Virus record (IMG/VR): IMGVR_UViG_3300021171_000005 | Coordinates: 1 to 64,000 of that record | Direction: 5' to 3' (one strand) | DNA from: a virus | DNA: 64,000 nt | Shown: positions 36,291-46,713 of the stretch, in pieces | Numbering within the stretch: the first letter of the stretch is position 1 | How the letters are laid out: each line of letters starts with the position of its first letter | Program-made: the position numbers and the translations under genes | Notes under the pieces: model-generated | What the model was told of the DNA's origin: nothing | The model's database searches: none | Seen by the model: the letters and a program-made list of their open reading frames with translations, nothing else

Positions 36291-37313
36291 ATGAAAGTAT
36301 TATTTCTAGTAAAGCAAAGACACGCCTATCACGATGGATATAGTCAAACGTTTCCTAGCGGACTGTTGAATTCGGCGCAATTTGTCGTAGATATGTTGAA
36401 CGCCATAGGAATCGAAGCAAAATTGGTCGATGTTGTGGACAACAATTCAATTGACAAAGAAGTTCATGATTTTAATCCGGACGTAGTAATTATCGAAGCC
36501 TTGTGGGTAGTGCCTTCCAAATTCGATGTTTTGAAGCAGCTTCATCCCAATGTTAAATGGGTAGTTCGCATTCATAGCGAAGTTCCGTTCTTGGCGCAAG
36601 AAGGAATGGCTGTCGAGTGGCTGAAAGCATATGTACAGATTCCAGATGTGCTCGTAGCTACTAATTCTACGCGGGGACTGGACGATCTTCAATCTATTGT
36701 TGAGAATGATTCCAAGGTCTTCCTGCTTCCTAATTTTTACCCCAAAGTTCCGCTATTGCACAATCCGGGGTCGGATAACGTTCTGAATGTTGGATGTTTT
36801 GGCGCGATTCGACCCTTTAAGAATCAGCTTATCCAAGCGGTAGCCTCGATGGAATACGGGGAAATGACGGGCACCAAAATCCAGTTTCACGTCAACGTCA
36901 GCCGGGAAGAGACCGGAGGAGACAGTGTTCTCCGAAATCTACGCGCTTTGTTTCTTGGTTCCCGCCATGTTCTTGTTGAGCATCCGTGGCAGGATCATGC
37001 AGACTTCATCAAGACGCTAGCCACGATGGACGTATCCTTGTCCGTATCCTTCAGCGAGACCTTCTGCATCGTCGCGGCAGACGCCGCTTCAGTTGGTGTT
37101 CCCATTGTCGTTTCTGATCAGGTTCCGTGGAGCATTCAATCATCGAGAGCTGACACCACAAATTCAAGCGATATTGTCCAAAAGATTCGGACTGCTATTG
37201 GCTGGAAATCTGCAATATTGAACTATAAGAATCGTACGAGTCTTCAGAAATATTCTGCTAAGAGCCGCCAAACGTGGCTTAAAGAACTGAAAATTATCAG
37301 TCAACAGGGATAA
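36291..37313 (+). CDS. GT-B (GT4-like) glycosyltransferase
   Basis: CFGAIRPFKN, SFSETF.IV.ADA...GVP. Confidence 0.85.
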   Translation: MKVLFLVKQRHAYHDGYSQTFPSGLLNSAQFVVDMLNAIGIEAKLVDVVDNNSIDKEVHDFNPDVVIIEALWVVPSKFDVLKQLHPNVKWVVRIHSEVPFLAQEGMAVEWLKAYVQIPDVLVATNSTRGLDDLQSIVENDSKVFLLPNFYPKVPLLHNPGSDNVLNVGCFGAIRPFKNQLIQAVASMEYGEMTGTKIQFHVNVSREETGGDSVLRNLRALFLGSRHVLVEHPWQDHADFIKTLATMDVSLSVSFSETFCIVAADAASVGVPIVVSDQVPWSIQSSRADTTNSSDIVQKIRTAIGWKSAILNYKNRTSLQKYSAKSRQTWLKELKIISQQG

Positions 37314-37315
37314 AC

Positions 37316-37696
37316 ATGGCCATTACCCAAGTAACTGTCGCTTCGCCCGCAAGTGAAATTATATTTCAAGATACCGCAATGGGCGGTACCGCAGATGGGA
37401 TTAAAGCCTCCTCTGCTGTTGTGTATTACGTTCAAGTTGATAATACTTTGAATGGCGCGGCGTCCTATGTGAAGTTGTACAATCTCGCTAGCGGCAGTGT
37501 CACTGTAGGAACGACCGTTCCCGATCAGGTGCTCCTCGTCGCCGCCAACAAAGTACAAACTTACGTGTTTAGTACTGCGGCATCTTCTGGGATGACTTTT
37601 GGAACTGCTTTGTCCGCTGCCTGCACTACGGCGGGCGGCACCGCTGGAAATACTTCGCCTAGTTCGAGTGTAGTCGTAACCGTTGTCTACGTCTAA
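37316..37696 (+). CDS. small beta-sandwich virion protein
   Basis: YVKLYN...VTVGTT.PD, G.TFGT.L. Confidence 0.65.
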   Translation: MAITQVTVASPASEIIFQDTAMGGTADGIKASSAVVYYVQVDNTLNGAASYVKLYNLASGSVTVGTTVPDQVLLVAANKVQTYVFSTAASSGMTFGTALSAACTTAGGTAGNTSPSSSVVVTVVYV

Positions 37697-37698
37697 TC

Positions 37699-38418
37699 AT
37701 GCCAGCTTCTTCTACAAATACGCTTCTCTCTAGCATGGAGTGGGCGAAGAAATTCGTGTTTAATCGCCAACTTTCGCTTGGGGATTTTAAGGAACCCGCG
37801 ATTACGTCGGCCAACGTGGTAAAACAAACCATGATGGGGCCGCCATTTAAATGGCGCTGGAATCGGCAAGTAATTACTTTCAATACCATTATTGGGCAGC
37901 AAGATTACGCTCAAGCAAGTAATTTCGGGTGGATTGAAAACGCATCGGTTCAAGATACCGGAGTTAGCCCGAGCAAATGGTATCCATTAACCCCCAAAAT
38001 TGATTTGACGCTCGATACTTCATTGGCGAGGCCCGCCAATATTTCGGCACAATTGGATGATTTGAACGGAACCATCACTTTCAGGCTGCTACCCGTTCCG
38101 GATAAAGTCTATCCCGTGTCCATAACTGTACAAAATAAAGCCGCGTTATTTACGTCTTTGAATCAAACATGGGGGCCGATTCCCGATGAATACTCTTATA
38201 TTTATCAATTGGGATTTCTGTCCTATATGTACGAATTCGCCGACGATTCCCGCTGGATTGGCGCTCGCCAGAGATTTATTTCCTCGTTGCTAGGAGCTTC
38301 ACAGGGCCTTACCGCCACAGAAGTTAATCTTTTCCTTAATAATTGGCAGACTGTTTCGGCTGCAACGACTCAGAAAGAAATGATATTGCAGCAAGGCACG
38401 CAGGCGCGACAAACTTAA
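37699..38418 (+). CDS. head-tail adaptor / tail tubular protein A-like
   Basis: PF.WRWNR, PVPDK.Y; immediately before the large nozzle gene. Confidence 0.7.
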   Translation: MPASSTNTLLSSMEWAKKFVFNRQLSLGDFKEPAITSANVVKQTMMGPPFKWRWNRQVITFNTIIGQQDYAQASNFGWIENASVQDTGVSPSKWYPLTPKIDLTLDTSLARPANISAQLDDLNGTITFRLLPVPDKVYPVSITVQNKAALFTSLNQTWGPIPDEYSYIYQLGFLSYMYEFADDSRWIGARQRFISSLLGASQGLTATEVNLFLNNWQTVSAATTQKEMILQQGTQARQT

Positions 38419-41400
38419 TGACCGGATCATTACAGCTTGCAGGAGCGCAGAGTCAGAAACCACCGCGCTATGCCCCGCTATACACGTCGAGGTTTTGGAG
38501 CGGTTTAAACACTAATCGCTCTCCTCTTCGAAGTGCGGGGTCTGCATACGAGGAACGTTATCTCGGCACGCGGGGCGACGCACTTATCGATGGCAGTAAT
38601 TGTGAAATTACGCCACGTCTGACGCTTGCTCGTAGGCCGGGCAATCCTGTCTATAATTCCAGCACTTTTGGCCCGGTAGATGCGTTTTATTCCTTCAGGG
38701 AATTTAACGCTACAACCGAGCAAATCCGTGTCATGGTGGACGAAACCACTGCGCTATATGACGGAACTGCCAATTCACGAATTCTAGTATTCACAAAGAG
38801 TTCGGGTGCTGGGCAGTCTTTCATGCAGTCGGTCGGAAACAATCTTTTCTTTGCCAACGGCATTGACCAAAAGAAATGGGTCCAGACGTTGTTTACCCGC
38901 AATGCGAGCGGGGCACTGCCGAACATTGCCAATAGCACAACTCTGAGCACCGTCAGTACACCATTTCTGACGACGTATGTAATCGACAGCAACGGCAATC
39001 TTCAGCAATTGCTGGCAACTTCGCTTACAACGATTTCTAACGTTGCGTATACTGCGCCGACCCTGACCTTGACAGTTGGTTCAACTGCCGGGATTACGGT
39101 CGGACAGAATTACGTTATCTGGAATATGGCAACGGCGGTGTGGTTGGACGGCATGACGATTAACGTCGTCACTGCGAGTGGCACTACCGTAACCGCGACG
39201 TTAGTTAATGCCGCTCACGCCAATTATGCTTCTGCCGCCGATACCGGAAATTTCACGGTTATTGGCGGGACGCCTTCGGCTGTAACTGGGGGCAGTGTTC
39301 CGACTTGGAACACGACAGTACCTGCTGCTGGCAATACTCCTCCGTGGCAGGGCGGATTCACAGTTGACGGTACGGCTATTTGGGTTAATCGCGGAAATCC
39401 CGTAGAAAATTGGGGGATAGCGCAAACTACTTCACCCCCGACGGTAACTGTGGGTTCGGCGTCTGCCGCGTGGCACGCGAACACGTACTATTCCTTGCCG
39501 GGCGTGGTAATTGACACTCGTAGCAGCAATAACAATATTTGGCAGGCGACGACTACTGGAACCACCGGTTCTACGATTTCATTTCCAACGTCTCCTTCTG
39601 TCGGCGATAATTTTACTGAAGGAACAATTGTCTGGCATTGCGTGGCGAACACTGCTTCGGCGGTCTGGGCCTCGCATACTAATTTTGCCTCTGGCGCTCT
39701 CATTGTAGAAACTGCCGGAGGAACGCCATGTCTGTTCCGGCTTTCCATCGCCCAACCTTCCGTTCAACTGTCCACGTTGATGACGGCGAAGTTTGTCGCT
39801 CACAGCGCTTCCGGCGTATTTGATGGTGACTGGGGCGGTTCGGTGGGCGCACCGGTTCTATTTGGCACGGCTACTCCGCTAGTAATTGCCGCGACCGCGA
39901 CCAATATCAATTCGCATCTGTGGAATCGCTACAATACCTCCCTCCAGCCGATTGTGGTCTATACCCTTAACGGCGCGGGCGAGAGCAGCGCGGCTACCTC
40001 CACAACCCCGTGGGCGGGTGCTACAACGAACTGGGAAATGATGCTGTTTGGGACCATGACCGTCAATCAGGCGGGTCCTGTCAGTTTTCTAGTTGGGCAT
40101 AACGATGGGTTTTATCTTGGGATGGACGGCGGGGCGACGTACGTCTCGGGGCCGAATACCGGTTTGTCTACCCGTACTCTTAGCCCTTGGAATGGATATC
40201 CGCTGGTTGGTGGAAACAACGTTCCCGGCGATTTTAGCGCGGGTGAGACATTAACTGTAAACTGCCCAACCGCTGGTACGTACAATTTCGAATGGGCGTT
40301 CGCGCAAAAAGATACGTTCCAAGTATTCACGGTTACTGCGAACGGCGCTCAGATTACGCCCACTCCGCTTGAAACGGGAACGTCAATTCCCAGTTTTCCG
40401 GGATTCAGTAAAGCTTTTGCTCCCAATTACGCAAACATTGTCGAAACTCAAATCGGCAACCCAGCGGTTCCATCTGTTCCGGGGAGCAAGGCATACGAAT
40501 GGGACAATTTAGGACCAGTTACAGATTTTGCGTGGCGGGCTAAAGTTGCCGTTACGTTGGCGAACACCACGATCACCGATCCGAATAATAACACCGAAGC
40601 GCCCTTCGAGGCTGGTGTTAGCGGAACGGTAACGCCGACGTTTGCTACCGGCCTTAATCAGCTTACCAACGATAATCCAAATCTAGTTTGGATCAATAAA
40701 GGTCCAGCGTCCGCGCCAACTCCCGGCACGATTAGCGCTTTCAACGGCGGTTTTCAATACGTCGTAGCGTTAGTCAACACCATGACTAACACGGTTTCGA
40801 ATGCTTCTGGGTTTAGTGTTGCGACAGGCAATTTCATCGGAGCTTCGGGAATCACCATTACCGGCGGGCTGCCCGCAACCGCAAACATCGATCCGCAATC
40901 CGATTGGGTCGCCATATTCAGAACAACGGATGGGCAAACCACGCCGTTCCTCATTCCCGGAACTGGAAATTCGATCTATACCGTTCCTCTTTCTCAATAT
41001 CTTCAGAATGGATACGTAGATAGCACCCCGGATACGGGGCTGAACAATTTAATTGAGGCTCCGATTGCGGGCGAGAACACCCCTCCGGCGAATGGCGCTC
41101 AAAATCTAACCTACCATCTCAGCCGCATCTTCTTCAGCGTCGGAAACACGGTTTATTGGACTTCTGGACCGGATGCGCCCGTAGGAAACGGAATCGAAGG
41201 TGTTGCCCCAGCGAATACCCAAGTATTTCCTTCGTTGGTGCGACGACTTGTTCCGACTACTGCCGGGTTGTTTGTATTTACGGTGTCCGATATATACGTA
41301 ATCATCGGGCAGGGAACCGCCAGCAACCCAATTCAGCCCGCGTATCCGTATTTACAGGGCATTGGTCTATTGAACTACAACGCGCTTGATATTAATGGCG

Positions 41401-42134
41401 CGGATATGGGTTTCTACACGTCTGATAAGCGATTCGTTATTCTGAATCCGTCCTCGGGTCCGTCAGACGTTGGATTTACGATTGGCAATGTAATTACGTC
41501 GATCAGTCCTACTGCTGCGTATGTTACGTGGCATTCTTCTGGGGAAGATTCGGCGTGGTTCATCTCTAATGGTTCGACTGGATGGTACCGAGTCAGCCCA
41601 ACTCCTTCACCGGAGCAGGGAATCACATGGTCACCTTTTGCCTCCATTGTTGGCGGGGCGAAGGCGGTCCAATCAATTGAAACCTCGCCGGGCGTGCATA
41701 ATCTTTTGTTGGGACCAACGACCTCCGGTCCTATTCTGAATCGCAGCATCAGTTCATTTCAGGATAATAGCAGCAACTATTCGTGGTTTGCGACGGTCGG
41801 CAGTCATGTGCTGGCGAATCCCGGACAGCTCGCCGAAGTGATGTTCTTGGCAGTGGATTCAGTGGCAATCGGAACCCCACCGTCGATTAGTGTAGTGTTC
41901 GACGAGGCCGTGCCTTATTACACGGGAGCATTCGAGCCGATTAATAACCCGGTGTACGATCCACCGACAACTCATCCTAGTGCCTCTCTTTATCAACAGA
42001 GATTCTATTTGTCCGAAACTGGACAACCAGCGGTGTGTCGGTCAATGCAGTATAGGATCGATTTCCCGGCGGAAAATGTGCAAAACGAAATCTTAAGCTG
42101 CACCGTCTTTGGCGCGTTGCTCGTGGAGCAATAA
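38418..42134 (+). CDS. tail tubular protein B / nozzle-like protein with PA14-like and CBM-like insertions
   Basis: ~1240 aa; N-terminal GLNT...N.E.....L.RRPG, C-terminal propeller-like region; central insert with GHNDGFYL. Confidence 0.7.
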   Translation: MTGSLQLAGAQSQKPPRYAPLYTSRFWSGLNTNRSPLRSAGSAYEERYLGTRGDALIDGSNCEITPRLTLARRPGNPVYNSSTFGPVDAFYSFREFNATTEQIRVMVDETTALYDGTANSRILVFTKSSGAGQSFMQSVGNNLFFANGIDQKKWVQTLFTRNASGALPNIANSTTLSTVSTPFLTTYVIDSNGNLQQLLATSLTTISNVAYTAPTLTLTVGSTAGITVGQNYVIWNMATAVWLDGMTINVVTASGTTVTATLVNAAHANYASAADTGNFTVIGGTPSAVTGGSVPTWNTTVPAAGNTPPWQGGFTVDGTAIWVNRGNPVENWGIAQTTSPPTVTVGSASAAWHANTYYSLPGVVIDTRSSNNNIWQATTTGTTGSTISFPTSPSVGDNFTEGTIVWHCVANTASAVWASHTNFASGALIVETAGGTPCLFRLSIAQPSVQLSTLMTAKFVAHSASGVFDGDWGGSVGAPVLFGTATPLVIAATATNINSHLWNRYNTSLQPIVVYTLNGAGESSAATSTTPWAGATTNWEMMLFGTMTVNQAGPVSFLVGHNDGFYLGMDGGATYVSGPNTGLSTRTLSPWNGYPLVGGNNVPGDFSAGETLTVNCPTAGTYNFEWAFAQKDTFQVFTVTANGAQITPTPLETGTSIPSFPGFSKAFAPNYANIVETQIGNPAVPSVPGSKAYEWDNLGPVTDFAWRAKVAVTLANTTITDPNNNTEAPFEAGVSGTVTPTFATGLNQLTNDNPNLVWINKGPASAPTPGTISAFNGGFQYVVALVNTMTNTVSNASGFSVATGNFIGASGITITGGLPATANIDPQSDWVAIFRTTDGQTTPFLIPGTGNSIYTVPLSQYLQNGYVDSTPDTGLNNLIEAPIAGENTPPANGAQNLTYHLSRIFFSVGNTVYWTSGPDAPVGNGIEGVAPANTQVFPSLVRRLVPTTAGLFVFTVSDIYVIIGQGTASNPIQPAYPYLQGIGLLNYNALDINGADMGFYTSDKRFVILNPSSGPSDVGFTIGNVITSISPTAAYVTWHSSGEDSAWFISNGSTGWYRVSPTPSPEQGITWSPFASIVGGAKAVQSIETSPGVHNLLLGPTTSGPILNRSISSFQDNSSNYSWFATVGSHVLANPGQLAEVMFLAVDSVAIGTPPSISVVFDEAVPYYTGAFEPINNPVYDPPTTHPSASLYQQRFYLSETGQPAVCRSMQYRIDFPAENVQNEILSCTVFGALLVEQ

Positions 42135-42829
42135 TGGCAACGATCCAAGAAGCAATTAACAGAGATACATCTGGATATACGCGGCAGGATAACCCTTCTA
42201 CTCCGGCTCACCAGATAGAAGAATACATGCTCCCGCCTCGCAATGTAATCCAGATTTGTTCTCTGCCTAATTTGCCGGGCATTTTTCCTTCGACCAACAA
42301 CATCATCGATTTCCACGTTGGCGGCAAGGTTCCTCAATTTCGCGCACCACTGGCCGCGCCGGTTACTTCGCAAGGATCGTCTACAACTACAACCGCCGTC
42401 ATTACTGCAACTAGTTCAGGCGGCTCTACGACGCCCGGCAATCCTCCGACTTCAAAGACAGCCTCGATAACAACTCCCATTATCATTTCAGGGAATACGT
42501 TTCAAGGCACGATTCTGTTAGCGAAGTCATTTTTATTGTATACCTTGGCCGTCAATAATGCTTGCCGGGTCCGGCTGTATTCTACGTCTTCCGCGCAATC
42601 TACAGATTTATCACGCGGTTTAGGAATTCCGGTAGGGCTAGGAACGGGGCAGGGAATTATCTCGGATGTTGAAATCGACTCAGCTCCTACGATATTCCAA
42701 TATACGAATACCGATGGATCGAATGGTGACAATCCACAAGGCAATGTCGTGTATGTAACTATTACTAATTTAAGTTTATCGAACGTCGCTATAACAGCGA
42801 CCATTACGTATATCCCCTTACAATCCTAA
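42134..42829 (+). CDS. virion structural protein
   Basis: Thr-rich; coupled to neighbours. Confidence 0.65.
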   Translation: MATIQEAINRDTSGYTRQDNPSTPAHQIEEYMLPPRNVIQICSLPNLPGIFPSTNNIIDFHVGGKVPQFRAPLAAPVTSQGSSTTTTAVITATSSGGSTTPGNPPTSKTASITTPIIISGNTFQGTILLAKSFLLYTLAVNNACRVRLYSTSSAQSTDLSRGLGIPVGLGTGQGIISDVEIDSAPTIFQYTNTDGSNGDNPQGNVVYVTITNLSLSNVAITATITYIPLQS

Positions 42830-43203
42830 TGATATTAAGAACCTTAGACGAGAACGATAAAGCATTATTGGCCGAATGGATCGCGGCGGAGCCCGATCAC
42901 AGCAATAGTACACCTGATTTTTACTATACGCCGGGTACGAAAACTATTCTTTATTCTGATGAACAAGGTCCGGTCTGCGTGGTTCGATATTCATCGTCCC
43001 TTCGCCTCGATATCGATTTTTCACCCACTGCTGGGAAAGATAGAATTAAGAAAATGCTTTCGGCCAATTTACCGGAAGTTGTGAATCAAGCAAAAGCACA
43101 AGGTTTTAGTGAATTAGTTTTTGACAGTACGTCAAAAGCGCTGATTCGGTTCTGTGAAAAATTAGGATTTACAGTTTGTCCTGATTATCGGAAAACCTTT
43201 TAA
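42829..43203 (+). CDS. GNAT-fold-like protein at the T7 gp13-like position before the ejection proteins
   Basis: LIRFCEKLGF C-terminal motif; synteny. Confidence 0.55.
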   Translation: MILRTLDENDKALLAEWIAAEPDHSNSTPDFYYTPGTKTILYSDEQGPVCVVRYSSSLRLDIDFSPTAGKDRIKKMLSANLPEVVNQAKAQGFSELVFDSTSKALIRFCEKLGFTVCPDYRKTF

Positions 43204-43700
43204 TCAACGTGTTTCCATATTTGCCGATGGCAAATTGAACTGAGCGTTGATTCGCTAAGTTTAAACATTGAAGACAGTTGGCGAAGTAAATAACCTTCCG
43301 CTCGCAACTGTCGAATCCGCTTCACGTCCTCTTCGGATATCTTTGATTGGCTGTGTGCTGATCCAACAGATGCGAGGCCCGTTTGGTAGGCGTGGGTCTC
43401 GTTTTCCGAACGAGTTGACCATTCTAAATTACATGCTCGATTGTCTGTTTTAATTCCATTGATATGGTTTACCTCTGATTTGTTATCCGGATTAGGAACA
43501 AATGTGACGGCGATCAATCGTGACACATATTTGTTAATTTGTTTTCCATTATCAACATGCATACAAACACGATGATAACCAATATTGTTTGTAGATGGAG
43601 TTAGAACTTGAGATTTTCCTATTCTACGAATATGCCCGTCAGTGGATGCTTCATAAAACTTGTCATATCCGGGAATTGGTTTCCAAACTGGCTTAATCAT
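43200..43700 (-). CDS. NUMOD4-HNH homing endonuclease
   Basis: WKPIPGY..YEAS..G, VNHINGIKTDNR..NLEW, C-terminal HTH. Confidence 0.9.
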   Translation of the reverse strand: MIKPVWKPIPGYDKFYEASTDGHIRRIGKSQVLTPSTNNIGYHRVCMHVDNGKQINKYVSRLIAVTFVPNPDNKSEVNHINGIKTDNRACNLEWSTRSENETHAYQTGLASVGSAHSQSKISEEDVKRIRQLRAEGYLLRQLSSMFKLSESTLSSICHRQIWKHVD

Positions 43701-43706
43701 CCAAAT

Positions 43707-43735
43707 ATGATATCACATAAGGCGCGATAATGCAA
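43707..43735 (-). promoter_or_regulatory. sigma70-type promoter TTGCAT-17-TATCAT, leaderless
   Basis: ATG 6 nt after the -10; the -35 overlaps the ATG of the divergent gene at 43730. Confidence 0.65.
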
Positions 43736-44524
43736 TATATTTATACAACAATAACCGTCGATATGGTATCAGGCCAAGTCCTTGAGAAAGAAGGATTTTG
43801 GTACGACGGATTGACTGAATTAGCTTGTGGAGCCGGAACCGACCAAAAGCAAATCTATAATCAGCAGCTTGACAATCTAAATAGTCTAAGCAATCGCGCT
43901 CAACAAATATTTGGGGATTCGTCAAATATTTTCAATAGCTTAACCGCTGGTTTTGAACCAATTGCCGCAGCCGGTCCCGGTCAAAACGGATTTACCGCAC
44001 CGGAATTGGCTAATCTTCAATCTCAAGCCATTACGCAGACCGGGCAGGCTTATCGTAATGCTGCACAGGCCGCCGGAGAACGATCTGCCGCAGCGGGTGG
44101 AGGAAATGCTTTACTTCCAAGTGGCACTACTGCTCAGTTGCAAGCAAATATTGCACAAGCTGGAGCTGGCCAAACCGCCAACGAACTGTCAAATATTAAT
44201 CTACAAAATGCCCAAGTCGGCAGACAAAATTGGTTGTCAGCTGCTGGAATTTTATCCGGTGCTCCCAATGTATTTAATCCTGCCATAAGTGCGGGGAATT
44301 CGGTTACTGGAGCAGGATCGGCGACTGCAAATACGGCAAATCAAATTGCTCAGCAAGACAATTCTTGGATGAATGTCGTTGGCGGGGCGCTCGGGGGGAT
44401 CACCAGTGGACTTACTAGCGGCTTGATGAAGGGCAGTAGCGGCGGCTCTGGTGGCGGGGGCGGAGGAGGATTCCTTCCGTCGGATTCAGGTGGTTGGGGC
44501 GACGTAGGTTCATCGACAGGATAA
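43730..44524 (+). CDS. internal virion / ejection protein (Gly/Ala/Gln-rich)
   Basis: Composition and podovirus synteny. Confidence 0.7.
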   Translation: MQYIYTTITVDMVSGQVLEKEGFWYDGLTELACGAGTDQKQIYNQQLDNLNSLSNRAQQIFGDSSNIFNSLTAGFEPIAAAGPGQNGFTAPELANLQSQAITQTGQAYRNAAQAAGERSAAAGGGNALLPSGTTAQLQANIAQAGAGQTANELSNINLQNAQVGRQNWLSAAGILSGAPNVFNPAISAGNSVTGAGSATANTANQIAQQDNSWMNVVGGALGGITSGLTSGLMKGSSGGSGGGGGGGFLPSDSGGWGDVGSSTG

Positions 44525-44526
44525 TT

Positions 44527-46713
44527 ATGGCAGATGATGATCAGGTAATAGAAGCACCAGAAGTAGACGAGTCTCCCGAACCGGATCAGTCCAGTTCTGG
44601 ACAACCTCCGGTCGCTGCCGCGCCGATGGCTCCGCCTGCCCAGCCGCAGGGTCCGCCCATTCAGGTCGTAGCCGCGCATCCAAAGGCGAATCTTTTTCAT
44701 AATCTCTTGAACGCTCTGGGGGGCGGGGATCAAACGCAATATTCCGTCGATCCACAAACTGGGGCGATGTCGGTTACCCGTGTTCCTCAAACTTCTGGCC
44801 AATTGGCTAAGGGAATCCTAGCCGGTGCCCTCACGGGAATGTTCGCGGGCGCGGGGGAGCGCGGTCCCGGAAGCGAAGGTCGATCCGCCGCCGCTGGATT
44901 CGCCGCCGCACAACAGCAACGCAATGCTGTTCAGGCACAGAACCAAGCAATGGCTAAGGAAGATTTTGAGCGCCAGCAACAGGCCAAAGTCCGCCAAGCG
45001 CAGATTATGAAGGCGAATTTCGACGCCATGAAATCTGCTTACGCTATCGGCAAGGAAAACGACGAACAGAAAGATAAAATCGTTTCCAATCATGCCGATG
45101 ATTTGGCTCAGTGGGCTAATACTGGAGCGGTTAAAGACAAAGACGTTCCGTCCGATCAATTGATGAAGAAAGGTTACGATCCGTCCAAATATATCGCAGT
45201 GCCGGATGGTAAAGTTGCTGTCTTCAAACCGGATGGCTCGCGGGCGACGGACGAAAATGGCGTTCCGCTTTCTCAACTGACGTACAGCGTTATCGACGGA
45301 ACTACGCAGGCCCCGCTTACGCAAGAAAAATATGACAAGATGGTGAAATACGGCCTTCAGAAGCAGGGATCGTCTACACAAATTCCTGAAGGTGCAACCG
45401 TTTCTTCCGCAGTTCTGGCCCAAATGAATCATCGTATGGACCTCGTTGATCAGACGCAGAATGAGATTGATAAGGCCATTGGACCGGGCAAAGTTAATGT
45501 AGTGGACAAGATCAAAGAGAATCCGGGATTATTGCCCGCCATTGAAGCCTACCACAACGATGGTTCCTCTACAGAAATCGACAATCAGATTAATAACCTT
45601 CAGGCAAAGAATCCTCAAGCTGCGGGGCTTATGCGTAGTTTGGTGGGTAAAGACGAACTCGAAGGTCTCAAGGAAAAACGCGAGGATCGTATCGCTGCTG
45701 GAAAAGCCGCAGCTACGGAAACCGCACGAATCAACGCCGAAGAAGGCACTCCAACTGGAAAAGCAAAAGCTAAGAAAGAATCTCAGCAACTAACTAACGA
45801 ACAACTCGAAGGCCAAATTAAGCAACTAGATTTGGCTAAGAAAAAAGCCGAAGCCGCGCCCGCAAATACTCAACACGGCCCACTTGAGAACGGTATCGAT
45901 AATACGTATATAAATAGCTTACCTTCGGAAAAACAAAACGCAGTGCGTTTGATTGGCAAAGGAACCATTCCATATACTGCTCAAGCCCTGCGTACTTCGG
46001 TAGGTCAGAATTATTTAGAAATCCTCGCCAATGCTTTCCCCGGAGATGCTACTCATCCGGGATTCGATGCTTCTCGTTTTCCAATATACGAGAAAACTCG
46101 TATGGGATTTACTTCGGGCAAAGAAGCTCAAGGTACCCGAGCATTTAGCACAGCAATGGAACACTTGAAGGAGGCAAATGACAATATCAGTGCCCTTTCT
46201 ACCATTGGCGGATTAAAGGATTTAACTCAAATCGGAGCGTTCGGTTCTTCTGCTCGTCAACAAGCGAATCGTCTAAACGTGGCAAAAGATGCGGTCGGAG
46301 AAGAACTAGCAAAAGCGTATAAAGCGGGTGTAGCCGATAAAAATGAAGTTGAAGGTTGGAAAGATAAGTTGAATACCAATGTTCCTAGTAAATTGAAAGA
46401 TAATATTCAAGAAGTTGCCCGACTACTCAAAGGTCAATTCGATTCTTTGCAGTCTCAATGGGATAATGGCTCTCCTCCGGGGATGGTTTCTCCATTGAAT
46501 AATTTGATTTCGCCGCAAGCACAAAAAGCCTATAAAGGCATCATTGGGCAAGATATCGGATATGGCACGTCGGCAGGGAGCGCACAGAATCCGCCAGCAG
46601 CCCCGCAATCTCATACATTTAGTCTCAGCGCGTGGCAGAAAGCCAATCCTACCGGCGATGCGAATGCTGCTAAAGCCGCCGCGCAAGCTCAAGGATATCA
46701 GGTCACAAATTAA
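44527..46713 (+). CDS. large internal virion / ejection protein
   Basis: Helical, Q/A/K-rich; SD AGGA before ATG 44527. Confidence 0.7.
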   Translation: MADDDQVIEAPEVDESPEPDQSSSGQPPVAAAPMAPPAQPQGPPIQVVAAHPKANLFHNLLNALGGGDQTQYSVDPQTGAMSVTRVPQTSGQLAKGILAGALTGMFAGAGERGPGSEGRSAAAGFAAAQQQRNAVQAQNQAMAKEDFERQQQAKVRQAQIMKANFDAMKSAYAIGKENDEQKDKIVSNHADDLAQWANTGAVKDKDVPSDQLMKKGYDPSKYIAVPDGKVAVFKPDGSRATDENGVPLSQLTYSVIDGTTQAPLTQEKYDKMVKYGLQKQGSSTQIPEGATVSSAVLAQMNHRMDLVDQTQNEIDKAIGPGKVNVVDKIKENPGLLPAIEAYHNDGSSTEIDNQINNLQAKNPQAAGLMRSLVGKDELEGLKEKREDRIAAGKAAATETARINAEEGTPTGKAKAKKESQQLTNEQLEGQIKQLDLAKKKAEAAPANTQHGPLENGIDNTYINSLPSEKQNAVRLIGKGTIPYTAQALRTSVGQNYLEILANAFPGDATHPGFDASRFPIYEKTRMGFTSGKEAQGTRAFSTAMEHLKEANDNISALSTIGGLKDLTQIGAFGSSARQQANRLNVAKDAVGEELAKAYKAGVADKNEVEGWKDKLNTNVPSKLKDNIQEVARLLKGQFDSLQSQWDNGSPPGMVSPLNNLISPQAQKAYKGIIGQDIGYGTSAGSAQNPPAAPQSHTFSLSAWQKANPTGDANAAKAAAQAQGYQVTN

